Assembly (NCBI GenBank): GCA_022791195.1
Contig: JAAVYP010000004.1
Location: 5,087 to 69,086 of the forward strand
Reading direction: 5' to 3'
Length of the DNA: 64,000 nt
From: Clostridiales bacterium
GTDB taxonomy: Bacteria; Bacillota; Clostridia; Oscillospirales; CAG-272
Below the pieces are notes generated by a model. The model was not told where the DNA came from. It saw only the letters and a list, made by a program, of their open reading frames with translations, and made no database searches. Made by a program: the position numbers and the translations under genes. Of this stretch, positions 1-10,180 are shown piece by piece. Every line of letters starts with the position of its first letter. Within the stretch, counting starts at the first letter, position 1.

Positions 1-2202
1 GTTGTTGTTGACCGTAACGGCCGGACGCCCTGCCCTCCGGTACAAAAAGGAGACAATCTGCCCCCTGGTACAGGTCTCATCGGGACTGAAAACCGTGTTT
101 GAAGTACCGTAAGTAATCCCATTTTCTACAGCCCAAAGAACGGCGCTGTAATAGTAATCATCAGTCGAGATATCCACAAAGGGATTCACAGTTGTTTTTG
201 GCTGCGGCTTTCCGGCAGCCCGCCACAAAAAGGCCACGGCCTGTGCGCGGGTGCAGCCGTCATCAGGACTGAAAGTCTTATCCGAAGTGCCGAATACGAT
301 TTCGTTTTCCACCGCCCAGGCAACCGGTTTGGCAAAATACGCCTTGAGCGGAACGTCTGTAAATACGATCGGCTTGCGCACCGGCGTAACCGTTACCGTG
401 CATGTAGCCGTAAAGCCGCCGTCCACGGTGGTAGCGGTGATCACCGCGGTTCCCGCGGCCTGTGCACGCAGGGTCGCTTTGCTTGAATCAATGGTTGAAT
501 AAACGGCAACAATATCCGGATTCGAGGAAGTCCATTTCACTCTGCCGTCGTACGCATCGGCCGGTTCTACCGTGGCCGTCAGCGTGGTTTTTCCATCAAC
601 CTCCAGCGCGGCAGACTCGGGCAGGGTGATTCCGGTCACATACGTGGTGGTAAAGGGTGTTCCCGGCGGTTCTGTGCCATCGTAGACAAGACCTGTTTCG
701 GGCACACGGGTGCCGTCTGTCCCTTTGACAAGGGCCTCTGCCTCTTTGCGGCTGAGAATCAGCTCAGGCGGCAGCTCGGTGCCGTCAACAGACCAAAAAC
801 CATTAAAGTAAAAATAGGGTGCGGTCCAGTTGTCGTCCGCCGCATTATAGGAATAGAGCACGTCCTGGGTGTGGCTCTCTCCGTTGCGGTCGGTATAAGT
901 AACATTGTGCTTAATAATATCCGCCTTAGGGTGGCTTTCAAAGGCCACATTCAGCTCGACGCGCTCATATTGGTTGATATACCGTCCGTCTACCCAGGCG
1001 TCCGACGCAATGCGCACAAAGCCGCCCAAAGGCACGGCGTAGCCAAAGGTTTGTCCGAAGCCAAACCCGCCCTCGGTCGCGATTCGGATCCATGTGCCGC
1101 CGGTCTTTTGGATGGTCTGGCGATAGATATCGCCGACAATCTGTGATCTGTATTCGGCCATATCCTGGTTGGCAATCGTTTTATAGCTCATCAGCTTGGC
1201 CAGGTAATCTTCCACGGTGCTCTTAAGGGTCATTTCGGCGTCCTGCCGGAAAGTGAAGGGCTTGCCTGTCTTGTCCGAACGAAGCGGCGTATAGCCGCCC
1301 TCTCCCGCGCCGCCGTAGGTTTTCGTTTCGTTATTAAAAGTTATTTTGCTATAGGCGTGGGTGCCGCCCGCGCTGATTTCACAAGACGGCTCCAGCGTTT
1401 TGGCGATGGTGCGCATGGTGCCTGGAAAACTGGCCGAATCCAAAATAAAAGGATATGCACTTGCAAGCAAAAGGCCGTCCGACACCGTTTCATACATATT
1501 GTAATGCTCGTTCAAAACCAGCTCGGGATAGGGCGAGCTGGCCAACAGCGGATAGGGATGGTCCTCACTGGGCCGGTCTACGTCAAAAATGCTGTTGGGG
1601 TATACCGCAAGCTTATCTAAGCGGCTCTGCACAGCGTCTAATTTTTCAAAAAAGCTCATTGACTCTGTTGTGCAGGTGTCGATCAGATAGCTGTATCGGG
1701 TTTCTAAGCGCGGGCAAGCGATTCTGACCGAGGTTTTCACAAATTCATCTCCCAAAATCGAGCTGCCGCTGCGGGTTTTCTGCAAAAGGGTAAATTGCCC
1801 GCCATCCGAAAAGAACTTATTTGCTATGAAAATATAGCCGCCTGCCACCCGGCCGGTGGTCTCATCCTCATAAGCGACATCCTTATAGCGCTGCGGACTG
1901 TTGTAATAGGTGCCGGGATCCACATATTTGACCGAATAGCTGTTGCTGCTTGTGGGCAGGCGAATCTCGCCCTTGTCCTCTGCGGTGAAAAATTCACTGC
2001 TTTCGTCTAACAGGCGGAAGCTGGTCGGGTCGGGATTGTCGGTTTGCACATACAGATAATAGGCAAACGGCGATAAAATCGGGGTAATGGTATAGTTGTA
2101 GCCGGCCGCGTTGACAATCTCTTCTGCCTGAACAGGAATCATGCACAACAGATTCAGCGCCAGCACCAGTGCAAGAAGCATGGGTGTGATTCGTTTCATC
2201 AT
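1..2202 (-). CDS. Secreted S-layer homology (SLH) domain protein with Ig-like (Big_2) domain; 3' end runs off the window
   Basis: Not in the ORF track. Hand translation from ATG 2202 (RBS GGAGAG) is open to position 1: signal peptide MMKRITPMLLALVLALNLLCMIPVQA, Big_2 motif (LTATVEPADA..VKWTSSNPDIVAV..AGTAVITATTVDGG), SLH repeats FTDVP..WAVENEIVFGTS..FSPDDGCTRAQAVAFLWR and FVDIS..WAVENGITYGTS..FSPDETCTRGQIVSFLYR. Confidence 0.9.
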   Translation of the reverse strand, partial: MMKRITPMLLALVLALNLLCMIPVQAEEIVNAAGYNYTITPILSPFAYYLYVQTDNPDPTSFRLLDESSEFFTAEDKGEIRLPTSSNSYSVKYVDPGTYYNSPQRYKDVAYEDETTGRVAGGYIFIANKFFSDGGQFTLLQKTRSGSSILGDEFVKTSVRIACPRLETRYSYLIDTCTTESMSFFEKLDAVQSRLDKLAVYPNSIFDVDRPSEDHPYPLLASSPYPELVLNEHYNMYETVSDGLLLASAYPFILDSASFPGTMRTIAKTLEPSCEISAGGTHAYSKITFNNETKTYGGAGEGGYTPLRSDKTGKPFTFRQDAEMTLKSTVEDYLAKLMSYKTIANQDMAEYRSQIVGDIYRQTIQKTGGTWIRIATEGGFGFGQTFGYAVPLGGFVRIASDAWVDGRYINQYERVELNVAFESHPKADIIKHNVTYTDRNGESHTQDVLYSYNAADDNWTAPYFYFNGFWSVDGTELPPELILSRKEAEALVKGTDGTRVPETGLVYDGTEPPGTPFTTTYVTGITLPESAALEVDGKTTLTATVEPADAYDGRVKWTSSNPDIVAVYSTIDSSKATLRAQAAGTAVITATTVDGGFTATCTVTVTPVRKPIVFTDVPLKAYFAKPVAWAVENEIVFGTSDKTFSPDDGCTRAQAVAFLWRAAGKPQPKTTVNPFVDISTDDYYYSAVLWAVENGITYGTSNTVFSPDETCTRGQIVSFLYRRAGRPAVTVNNN

Positions 2203-2357
2203 TCTCTCCATTCTGTCGCTTTGCAGCGGCACAAATTGTTAGGAATTTCTCCTCCATAGTTTATACAAAATACTTACACCTGCTAACCAAACAGCTTGCC
2301 TGTTCCGGCATGGATGGGTTAACCGGTTTATTTATCGATGAACGTAAAACAGACTCT

Positions 2358-3179
2358 TTACGATTTCTTTTTCACGCCGCCTAACTCGTCCGAGCGGTCA
2401 CGGCAGGCAAGATAGCCCTTTTCAACCGTCTCGTAAAAGCCGGCCTGTTCCATGGCCGCAAGCGCTGCTGCGGTGGTGCCGCCTTTCGAGGTAATACGCT
2501 GGCGCATCACCTCCGGCCCTACGCCCGCATCGGCGATCAATTTCGCCGCGCCGATCAGCGTCTGCACGGCCAACCGCTCAGCCGACTCAGCCTCCATGCC
2601 GTCCCGCACGGCGGCGGCGGCCATCGCCTCTGTAAGTGCATAGAAATAGGCCGGACCTGAGCCCGAAACCGCCGTCACCCCGCTCATTTGCTCTTCATTC
2701 ACCTGCACCACCACGCCAAGCGGCGCAAACAAAGCCTGTGCGATATCGGCCTGTGCCTGACCGGCCGCCTGACCAAGACAAAAGGCCGTAGCCGAAAGAC
2801 CCACGCACAGCGCCAAATTCGGCATGAACCGCACGACCGCAGCCCCGTTGGCATAGGACTCGATCGTCTGGCAGGAAATGCCCGCCAAAATGGATAGAAT
2901 GGTCTGTCCCTCTCTTAAAAAGGGCTGATAGTCGGCCATGGCCGCCGCTAAATCCTGCGGTTTAAAGGCCAGAAAAACAAGGTCCGCCTCGGCGATATCC
3001 TCTTTCCCTGCCGCTTTGACGCCATACTGGCCCACAAGTTCTTCCACCTTTTGCGAGCCGGCAAGACCCAGCACCATCACCTGTTCCGGGCGCATGATTT
3101 TCTTTTCCACAATGCCGCGGATCATGGCGCCGGCCATATTGCCGTCCCCTAAAAATATAATCTTCTGATTTTCAAACAT
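2358..3179 (-). CDS. proC: Pyrroline-5-carboxylate reductase
   Basis: FLGDGNMA Rossmann start, RFMPN, VSGSGPAY, TSKGGTT motifs; follows proBA. Confidence 0.96.
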   Translation of the reverse strand: MFENQKIIFLGDGNMAGAMIRGIVEKKIMRPEQVMVLGLAGSQKVEELVGQYGVKAAGKEDIAEADLVFLAFKPQDLAAAMADYQPFLREGQTILSILAGISCQTIESYANGAAVVRFMPNLALCVGLSATAFCLGQAAGQAQADIAQALFAPLGVVVQVNEEQMSGVTAVSGSGPAYFYALTEAMAAAAVRDGMEAESAERLAVQTLIGAAKLIADAGVGPEVMRQRITSKGGTTAAALAAMEQAGFYETVEKGYLACRDRSDELGGVKKKS

Positions 3180-3254
3180 ATCCTCTTCACCTCGCTATGC
3201 ATCTTTTCCGTCGGGAAATCCTCTCTTTTGGCCATCTGAATCTCTGTCGGCCGC

Positions 3255-4496
3255 CTACTCTCTGATCTGCCCGCCGCCATGCACCAAATATTTATAGATG
3301 GTCAATTCCTTTAGCCCAAGCGGTCCTCGGGCGTGTGTCTTTTGGGTGGAGATACCAATCTCCGCCCCGAAGCCAAACATCTCTCCGTCGGTAAAGCGGG
3401 TGGAGGCATTGTGATTGACGCAGGCCGCGTCCACATGTTTCATAAAATATGCGGCGTTCTCACTGTTTTCAGTGACAATCAGCTCGGTGTGTCCGGTGCC
3501 GTAACGCTCAATATGGCTGGTCGCTTCTTGGAGGTCGGCCACGATTTTGACACACATGTCCAGGGAAAGATATTCCTCTGCATAGTCCCGCTCACCGGCC
3601 GGCAAGGCCGACGGGAACAAGGCGCGCACCGCTTCGTCCCCATGCAGGGTGACGCCTGCGTCGGCAAGCGACTGAAGCAGTTCTTCTTTTTCGGGATAGC
3701 CCTTCGCGATGAGCAGCGTCTCGGCCGCGTTGCACACAGAGGGACGCTGCGTCTTTGCGTTCAGTACAAGCGAGACCGCCATGTCCGGCTTAGCGCTTTC
3801 ATCAACAAAAATATGGCAATTGCCCACGCCGGTTTCAATCACAGGCACCTTGGCGTTCTGCACCACGTTGGCGATCAGGCCGGCGCCCCCACGGGGAATG
3901 AGCACGTCTAAATACTCGGTTAAATGCATCATCTGCTCGGCGCCCTCGTGGGTAACATCCTCCAGCAAGGCGATGCAATCGGCCGGCACGGCGGTCTTTG
4001 TCAGCGCTTCTTTCATCACCGCCGTGATCGTTTTATTCGATTGCAGGGCGCTTGCACTGCCCCGGAGCATCACCGCGTTGCCGCTTTTCAGGGCCAAGGC
4101 CGCGCTGTCTACGGTTACGTTGGGTCTGGCCTCGTAAATCATGCCGATCACGCCGATGGGCACCCGCACCTTCTCAATGCGAAGACCCGCTTTGGTCTGC
4201 CAGCTTTCTATAATTTGCCCCACCGGATCGGGCAGGTCGGCCACCTGGCGCACCCCGTCTGCAAAGCCCGCAATCCGCTCTTTGGTTAAAAGCAGCCGGT
4301 CGAGCAGCGAATCGCTCATGCCCTTTTCCCGCCCCGCGGCCATGTCCTTGGCGTTGGCGGCCAGGATGGCCTCTGTATTTGCCTCTAAATGAGCGGCGAT
4401 AGCGCAAAGCGCTTGGTTTTTCTGTTCGGTGCTGACTGTCTCTAATGTTCGCTGCGCTTTTTTCAGCGCCGCCCCCATCTCCTCAATTTGATTCAT
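3255..4496 (-). CDS. proA: Gamma-glutamyl phosphate reductase
   Basis: IYEARPNVT, PSVCNAAETLL, NASTRFTDG, GISTQKTHARGP. Confidence 0.97.
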   Translation of the reverse strand: MNQIEEMGAALKKAQRTLETVSTEQKNQALCAIAAHLEANTEAILAANAKDMAAGREKGMSDSLLDRLLLTKERIAGFADGVRQVADLPDPVGQIIESWQTKAGLRIEKVRVPIGVIGMIYEARPNVTVDSAALALKSGNAVMLRGSASALQSNKTITAVMKEALTKTAVPADCIALLEDVTHEGAEQMMHLTEYLDVLIPRGGAGLIANVVQNAKVPVIETGVGNCHIFVDESAKPDMAVSLVLNAKTQRPSVCNAAETLLIAKGYPEKEELLQSLADAGVTLHGDEAVRALFPSALPAGERDYAEEYLSLDMCVKIVADLQEATSHIERYGTGHTELIVTENSENAAYFMKHVDAACVNHNASTRFTDGEMFGFGAEIGISTQKTHARGPLGLKELTIYKYLVHGGGQIRE

Positions 4497-4525
4497 TTGT
4501 TTTTCCCCCTTTCAGCCGATTTTCT

Positions 4526-5605
4526 CTATTGTTCGGTGCTGACCACCATGTTATCAATATGTACAATGGGCTTGGCCGCGCTGCCCTCTTTCATAAAAGC
4601 ACGAATCTCTTCGGCCCCGTAGGAAGCAAAGCCGCGTGCCACCCGGATTTCATCGTCGGTTAAAATATCTACCACGTCCCCCTCGGCAAAGTCCCCGTGG
4701 ACGGCGGTAATGCCTGCCAAGAGCAGGCTTTTATGATGCTGTCCAACCGCATCGGCCGCCCCTTGGTCAATGATAATTTCGCCCCGACTCTTGGCATAAA
4801 AGGCCATCCATTGCAGCCTTGTTTTTAAATTTTCGCCTGCCTTAAACAGAGTGCCCGGGTTCTCGCCCGTCACGCCGCCGGCCACACTGCCCTCGGGCAG
4901 CGAGGAGCAAATATATACCTCGACGCCGGCCGAGGTGGCAAGCCGCGCGGCTGAAATTTTCGTTTTCATACCGCCGGTGCCGTTCGCGCTGCCGGCGCCC
5001 TCGGCATAGGCTTCAATCTCGGGCGTGATTTTCTCCACCACCTCTATGCGCCGGGCCTGCGGATCCAGCTTGGGATGGCCGGTATACAGGCCGTCCACAT
5101 CGGTTAAGAGCACCAGCCGGTCGGCATGCACCATCGCGGCCACCTGGGCCGAAAGGGTATCGTTGTCGCCAAAGCGAATTTCGCTGGTCGTCACCGTGTT
5201 GTTTTCGTTGATAATCGGCACCGCCCCGCGCTTTAGCAAAATTTCCATGGTGTTAAATGCGTTGATATATTTTTCCTTGACCAAAAAGGCGTCGGGCGTG
5301 AGCAAAATCTGCGCGGCCTGGTAGCCCCGTCCGCCGAGGTAGGCGCTGTATTCATCCATCAGCAGCATCTGCCCGACGGCGGCCGAGGCCTGCTCAAACG
5401 CCAGCTGTTTCGGTCTTGCCGAAAAGCCGAGCCGCCGGAAACCGGCCGCAATCGCGCCCGAGCTGACCACGATGACCCGATAGCCATCATCCCGCAAATC
5501 GGCGACCCCTTCACAAATTTTCTTGATCTTTTCTCCGTCGGCCGCACCGTCCGCCGAGGTCAGCGAACTGGTGCCCACCTTGATTACAATGAGTTTCTTA
5601 TCCAT
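4526..5605 (-). CDS. proB: Glutamate 5-kinase with PUA domain
   Basis: IVIKVGTSSLT, FGDNDTLSA, GTGGMKTK; start trimmed to MDKKL. Confidence 0.96.
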   Translation of the reverse strand: MDKKLIVIKVGTSSLTSADGAADGEKIKKICEGVADLRDDGYRVIVVSSGAIAAGFRRLGFSARPKQLAFEQASAAVGQMLLMDEYSAYLGGRGYQAAQILLTPDAFLVKEKYINAFNTMEILLKRGAVPIINENNTVTTSEIRFGDNDTLSAQVAAMVHADRLVLLTDVDGLYTGHPKLDPQARRIEVVEKITPEIEAYAEGAGSANGTGGMKTKISAARLATSAGVEVYICSSLPEGSVAGGVTGENPGTLFKAGENLKTRLQWMAFYAKSRGEIIIDQGAADAVGQHHKSLLLAGITAVHGDFAEGDVVDILTDDEIRVARGFASYGAEEIRAFMKEGSAAKPIVHIDNMVVSTEQ

Positions 5606-5630
5606 TTTATTCGTTCTTCTTTGTCCACGC

Positions 5631-6368
5631 TTATAACGGTTTTTTGATGATTTTTGCATAGTCCCGCGGATATTCAGCCGGCGTCGTTCCCTTTTTGGTC
5701 ACGATGACGAGGCTGCGCCCCTGCGGTTCGGGCGAAAACAGCGTATATTCCTTGATCACCGCCGTGCATCCCAATTTTTCAAGCGCCGCGCCCGACGCGG
5801 CCAACTCTTCGGCCCCGTTTTTGCCTTTAAGGGCAATGAGCTTTCCCCCCGTGCGAAGGAGCGGCACACAAAGCTCCAGCAAAACAGGCAGGGCGGCAAC
5901 GGCTCTGGCCGTGACCGCGTCAAACGAGCCTCTTAGCGGGCCGCGGGCAATCGTTTCGGCCCGGGCCGGCAGCACGGTGATGTGCGGCAGTTTTAGCCGG
6001 GTGGCCGCTTCGGCCACAAACGCAAGCTTTTTCGCGGTGGAATCAATGGCCGTGATAGCGATATCCTTTCTCGCAATGGCCAGCGGCAGGGTTGGAAAAC
6101 CTCCGCCGCAGCCCACATCGGCCACGTTCGCGCCCGGCGCAAGCTCTGCCGCGGCAACAAGACTGTCGGCGATATGCTTGCGGGCAATACCTTCGTCGTC
6201 GGTTATCGCGGTTATATTCATTTTTTTATTCTGCTCCTGCAGCAGTCCGGCCAATATCGCAAAGGCCTCGATATGCGCAAGATAATCTTCAAGGCCGTTT
6301 TCGGCCAACGCCTGCTGCATATAAATACGAAAAGCGCTCATCGCTTTGCTATCCCTTTCTTTGGGCAT
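5631..6368 (-). CDS. rsmG: 16S rRNA m7G527 methyltransferase
   Basis: MNITAI, HIADSL, DVGCGGGFP, TARAVA; follows mnmG. Confidence 0.95.
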   Translation of the reverse strand: MPKERDSKAMSAFRIYMQQALAENGLEDYLAHIEAFAILAGLLQEQNKKMNITAITDDEGIARKHIADSLVAAAELAPGANVADVGCGGGFPTLPLAIARKDIAITAIDSTAKKLAFVAEAATRLKLPHITVLPARAETIARGPLRGSFDAVTARAVAALPVLLELCVPLLRTGGKLIALKGKNGAEELAASGAALEKLGCTAVIKEYTLFSPEPQGRSLVIVTKKGTTPAEYPRDYAKIIKKPL

Positions 6369-6416
6369 AACTTCATTTCATTATATCATAAAAATCTAAG
6401 CTGCAAGAACAAGCCA

Positions 6417-8309
6417 TTAGGCTTGTTCTTGTGACTTCTCTCCCAGCCACAAAAGCAGCACCGATATATCCGCCGGCGATACCCCGCTGATTCGGGAGGC
6501 CTGGCCGATGTTCTCGGGCCGGATCTGCGAAAGCTTCTGCCTTGCTTCCAGCCGGATGCCCTCGATTTTTTCATAATCGATATTTTCCGGCAGTTTTTTG
6601 TTTTCTAACCTGGCAAATTTTTTGACCTCCGCCTTTTGCCGGCGGATATAGCCGTCATATTTGACGCTCACCTCGACCGTTTTGGTCACCTCAGCCGGCA
6701 AAACCGGTCTTGCCTTGTCAAAAACGGCGATTTTGGCATAATCCAGCTCGGGTCGGCGCAAAAGATCGGCCAAGCGCACCCCGCTTTCAAGCGGCGTGGT
6801 ACCATACGCTTCCAGCGCCGCATTATAGGCCGGCGAGGGGCCAATGGTGCTGTGCTCCAACCGGCTGATCTCTTTCTCAATCTGCTCTTGCTTGACGAGA
6901 AAAGCATCATAGCGGGCCCCGTCGATCAGCCCGGCCTGGTAGCCAAGCGGGGTCAGTCTAGCGTCGGCATTATCCTGCCGCAGCAGCAGACGATATTCCG
7001 AGCGGCTGGTCATAATGCGATACGGTTCGTTCGTGCCCTTGGTCACCAAATCGTCAATGAGCACGCCTATGTACGATTGATCTCTGGTCAGCACCAGCGG
7101 CGGCTTGTTTTGCAGCTTCAGTGCCGCGTTCAGCCCGGCCACCAGTCCCTGGGCCGCGGCCTCTTCATAACCCGATGTACCGTTAAACTGCCCCGCGCCG
7201 TACAGCCCCGCCACCTTTTTAAACTCGAGGGTTGCGTAAAGCTCGGTCGGGTCAATGCAGTCATACTCTATCGCATAGGCCGGTCGCATCATCTGCGCCC
7301 TCTCAAAGCCGGCCATGGAATGCAGCATGGCGAGCTGCACCTCCTGCGGCATGGAAGAAGAAAAGCCCTGCAAATACATCTCTTTGGTATGCCGGCCCAT
7401 TGGTTCGACAAAAATGCGGTGCCGCTCTTTATCGCTGAACCGGACGATCTTGTCCTCAATCGAGGGGCAATACCGCGGCCCCGTGCCGTGAATTTTGCCC
7501 GAATAGATGGGGGACCGGTCTAAATTATCCAAAATAATCTGATGGGTCGTTTCGTTTGTATAGGCAATATAGCAGGGAATTTGCTCGATTTCGGCCAGCG
7601 CCGCCCGGTCGGTGCGCACCGAAAAGGGTTCGGGCGGGCCCTCCACCGGCTGGGTTTCTAACTTGGAAAAATCAATCGAATCCCGGTGCACCCGCGGCGG
7701 GGTGCCGGTCTTAAACCGCCGGAAAGAAATGCCCTCTCGCCTTAGCGTTTCGGTTAAATAAAGAGCGGGCAGCATGCCGTCCGGGCCGGAAGAAACCGTG
7801 TTTTCGCCGATAATGACCTCGGCGTTTAAATAGGTGCCGCAGCACAAAACAGCCGCCTTGCAGGGATAAAAGGCGCCAAGCGTAGTCAGCACGCCTGTCA
7901 CCTTTCCCTCTTTGATGCGAACATCGCACACCTCGGCCTGAATGACCGAAAGGCCGGGCGTGTTCTCTAACGTTTCTTTGACAATCTGCTGGTACAACCG
8001 CCGGTCGGCCTGCACCCGCTTGGAATGCACGGCCGCCCCCTTGCCCGCATTGAGCATGCGCGACAAGATCGTTGCTTTGTCGGCGGCATAGCCCATCTCA
8101 CCGCCCAGCGCGTCGATTTCATAGACCAGGTGTCCCTTGCCTGTGCCGCCGATCGCCGGGTTGCAGGGCATGTTGCCCAACGCATCCAAATTGATCGTAA
8201 ACAGCGCCGTGCGAAAACCAAGGCGCGCGCCGCAAAGCGCCGCCTCGATGCCCGCGTGACCGCCGCCGATCACGGCAATATCAATTTCTTGTACGGTAAA
8301 TTCTTTCAT
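6417..8309 (-). CDS. mnmG: tRNA uridine-5-carboxymethylaminomethyl modification enzyme (GidA)
   Basis: [46 protein letters not shown]; start trimmed to MKEFT. Confidence 0.97.
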   Translation of the reverse strand: MKEFTVQEIDIAVIGGGHAGIEAALCGARLGFRTALFTINLDALGNMPCNPAIGGTGKGHLVYEIDALGGEMGYAADKATILSRMLNAGKGAAVHSKRVQADRRLYQQIVKETLENTPGLSVIQAEVCDVRIKEGKVTGVLTTLGAFYPCKAAVLCCGTYLNAEVIIGENTVSSGPDGMLPALYLTETLRREGISFRRFKTGTPPRVHRDSIDFSKLETQPVEGPPEPFSVRTDRAALAEIEQIPCYIAYTNETTHQIILDNLDRSPIYSGKIHGTGPRYCPSIEDKIVRFSDKERHRIFVEPMGRHTKEMYLQGFSSSMPQEVQLAMLHSMAGFERAQMMRPAYAIEYDCIDPTELYATLEFKKVAGLYGAGQFNGTSGYEEAAAQGLVAGLNAALKLQNKPPLVLTRDQSYIGVLIDDLVTKGTNEPYRIMTSRSEYRLLLRQDNADARLTPLGYQAGLIDGARYDAFLVKQEQIEKEISRLEHSTIGPSPAYNAALEAYGTTPLESGVRLADLLRRPELDYAKIAVFDKARPVLPAEVTKTVEVSVKYDGYIRRQKAEVKKFARLENKKLPENIDYEKIEGIRLEARQKLSQIRPENIGQASRISGVSPADISVLLLWLGEKSQEQA

Positions 8310-8417
8310 GTTATCTGGATATAAACGTAATATCATAATAGCCAAGCGCATAGCCAAAGGCCGCGAGCGCCGCCAAGGCAAGGCCCAAAATCGCCAGCAG
8401 ACGATACAGCATGGTTT

Positions 8418-8843
8418 TCATTTATGATATTTTCCTCCTGCGTTAATGTTGAACGCCCGATAGAGCTGCTCTAATAAAATCACCCGCATTAATTGATGCG
8501 GAAAGGTCATTTTAGAAAACGAAAGCCGATAATCACACTTTTGCTTCACCTGCTCAGAAAGGCCGTCTGAATCGCCGATCACAAGCTGTAATTTGCCGTG
8601 CCCGGCCAGCGTCACCTTCTGTATGCGCTTTGCCAGCTCCTCACTGGAGCACTGCTCCCCTTCCACACAAAGGGCGATCTTATACGCCCGTTCCTGCAGC
8701 CATTTTTCAGGGGAGGTCCCCGGTTTATAAATTTGATTGGTCAGCCGGCAATAGCCCAAAAGCCTTTTTTCGTATTCGGCAACCGCCGCACGCAAATAGT
8801 CCTCTTTCAGACTGCCGGTTGAAATGATGTCCACCGCGATCAT
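8418..8843 (-). CDS. rlmH: 23S rRNA m3-pseudouridine-1915 methyltransferase
   Basis: SPOUT motif IGDSDGL..LSFSKMTFPHQLMRVILLEQLYRA..KYHK; ATGA overlap with upstream gene. Confidence 0.95.
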   Translation of the reverse strand: MIAVDIISTGSLKEDYLRAAVAEYEKRLLGYCRLTNQIYKPGTSPEKWLQERAYKIALCVEGEQCSSEELAKRIQKVTLAGHGKLQLVIGDSDGLSEQVKQKCDYRLSFSKMTFPHQLMRVILLEQLYRAFNINAGGKYHK

Positions 8844-9592
8844 AGCACAGCCACCGGTGCGCATTCAACCGCCGCGTCATAGCCCCTGGCAATGAGCGCT
8901 TGCTCAGCCGTGCGGTAGGCCGCGTCGGGCGTGTTGTTCTCTTTGCTTAAATGGGCCAAAATAAACCGCTTTGTCCCCTTGCCTGCTAAAAAGGCGCAAA
9001 ATTCCGCACAGGCCTGGTTGGACAAATGCCCTCTCGCCGAAGCAATGCGCGCTTTCAGATAGGCCGGATACGGTCCGTTCCGAAGCCTTTCGGGATCGTG
9101 ATTAGACTCCACCAAGGCGCTCCGGCAGCCGACCATCGCGGCCACGGCCTCGTCAGTGACAAAGCCGGTGTCGGTCAGCACCCCCGCCTTGTCTCCCTGC
9201 GCCCGGAAGGTATAACCCACGCAGCAGGCCGAATCGTGCGAGAGCGGAAAGCTCTCGACAAGCAAATCCTTCACCTGTACCGCATACTGCACCGGATGCG
9301 CCTGCACGTCAAAAGCGGGCCGCATGGCCTGCAAAGACTGCGCCGTCGCATGAATGGGCACGCCGCTGCTCTTGCAAAGCACCGAAAGTCCCCCGATATG
9401 GTCCTTATGCTCATGGGTCAAAAACACCCCGTCGATCTCTGAAAAATCTCGGCCAAGCAAGGCCAGCGCCCGGCGGATGCGGCGGGCCGACACGCCCGCG
9501 TCGATCAAAATCCGGGCGCCGCCCCCCTCAATATAGGTACAGTTGCCGCCGCTTCCCGAAAAAAGCGGTGTTATTTTTATTTCTTCCATCAT
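8840..9592 (-). CDS. MBL-fold metallohydrolase, YycJ/WalJ-like
   Basis: SGSGGN, THEHKDH, SHDS, TDTG, ESNHD, GHLSN, AHLSKENN. Confidence 0.9.
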   Translation of the reverse strand: MMEEIKITPLFSGSGGNCTYIEGGGARILIDAGVSARRIRRALALLGRDFSEIDGVFLTHEHKDHIGGLSVLCKSSGVPIHATAQSLQAMRPAFDVQAHPVQYAVQVKDLLVESFPLSHDSACCVGYTFRAQGDKAGVLTDTGFVTDEAVAAMVGCRSALVESNHDPERLRNGPYPAYLKARIASARGHLSNQACAEFCAFLAGKGTKRFILAHLSKENNTPDAAYRTAEQALIARGYDAAVECAPVAVL

Positions 9593-10017
9593 GTAAAAAA
9601 CATTGTATAAACGACGTCAAACCCGACGATAAAGACCAGCGGAAACAGAAAATACAAAAGCGGTCTTGCCTGCTTGTGCCGGCGCTTGATTTCTTCAATC
9701 AGCGCCGCTTTCTCTTGTCCGCTTAATCCATCCGAAAGCTGCTCGGGTTCGGGTACATCGTTTGATACCCCTCGATTTATGATTATATAGGCCAAAAACA
9801 ACGCGGGCAATAAAAGATAGAGACCCGCTTCCACCACCATAGAAAACAGGGCATACGCTGTATCACGCAGATGAAAGGCGGCAAAGTAAAGCCCCACGAA
9901 AAAGACACAGCTGCCGGCAAGGCAAAACAGGGTTTTCCGGTTCTGCTTGGCTGTATTCAGGTTTCTTTCGTCCGACAAGGTTCCCTTGTCGTATTTGCGC
10001 TTTTTGTTTCGTTTCAT
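9589..10017 (-). CDS. Hypothetical membrane protein (about 3 TM)
   Basis: RBS AGGAGAGG, hydrophobic segments, stop overlaps next start. Confidence 0.75.
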   Translation of the reverse strand: MKRNKKRKYDKGTLSDERNLNTAKQNRKTLFCLAGSCVFFVGLYFAAFHLRDTAYALFSMVVEAGLYLLLPALFLAYIIINRGVSNDVPEPEQLSDGLSGQEKAALIEEIKRRHKQARPLLYFLFPLVFIVGFDVVYTMFFT

Positions 10018-10180
10018 AGCCCTCTCCTACTATACCGCGTCAATGCATAAACGAAATTTCTGTTTGTCCATGCCGCGCTGGTTTGTTTTTTGCCCTCTGC
10101 CCGTTTGACCCTTTTATGCCGCGGTGGCCTTGATACGCAGCCGTCTTTATACGGCGGCCGCCCTTATAGCAACCGTGCTG

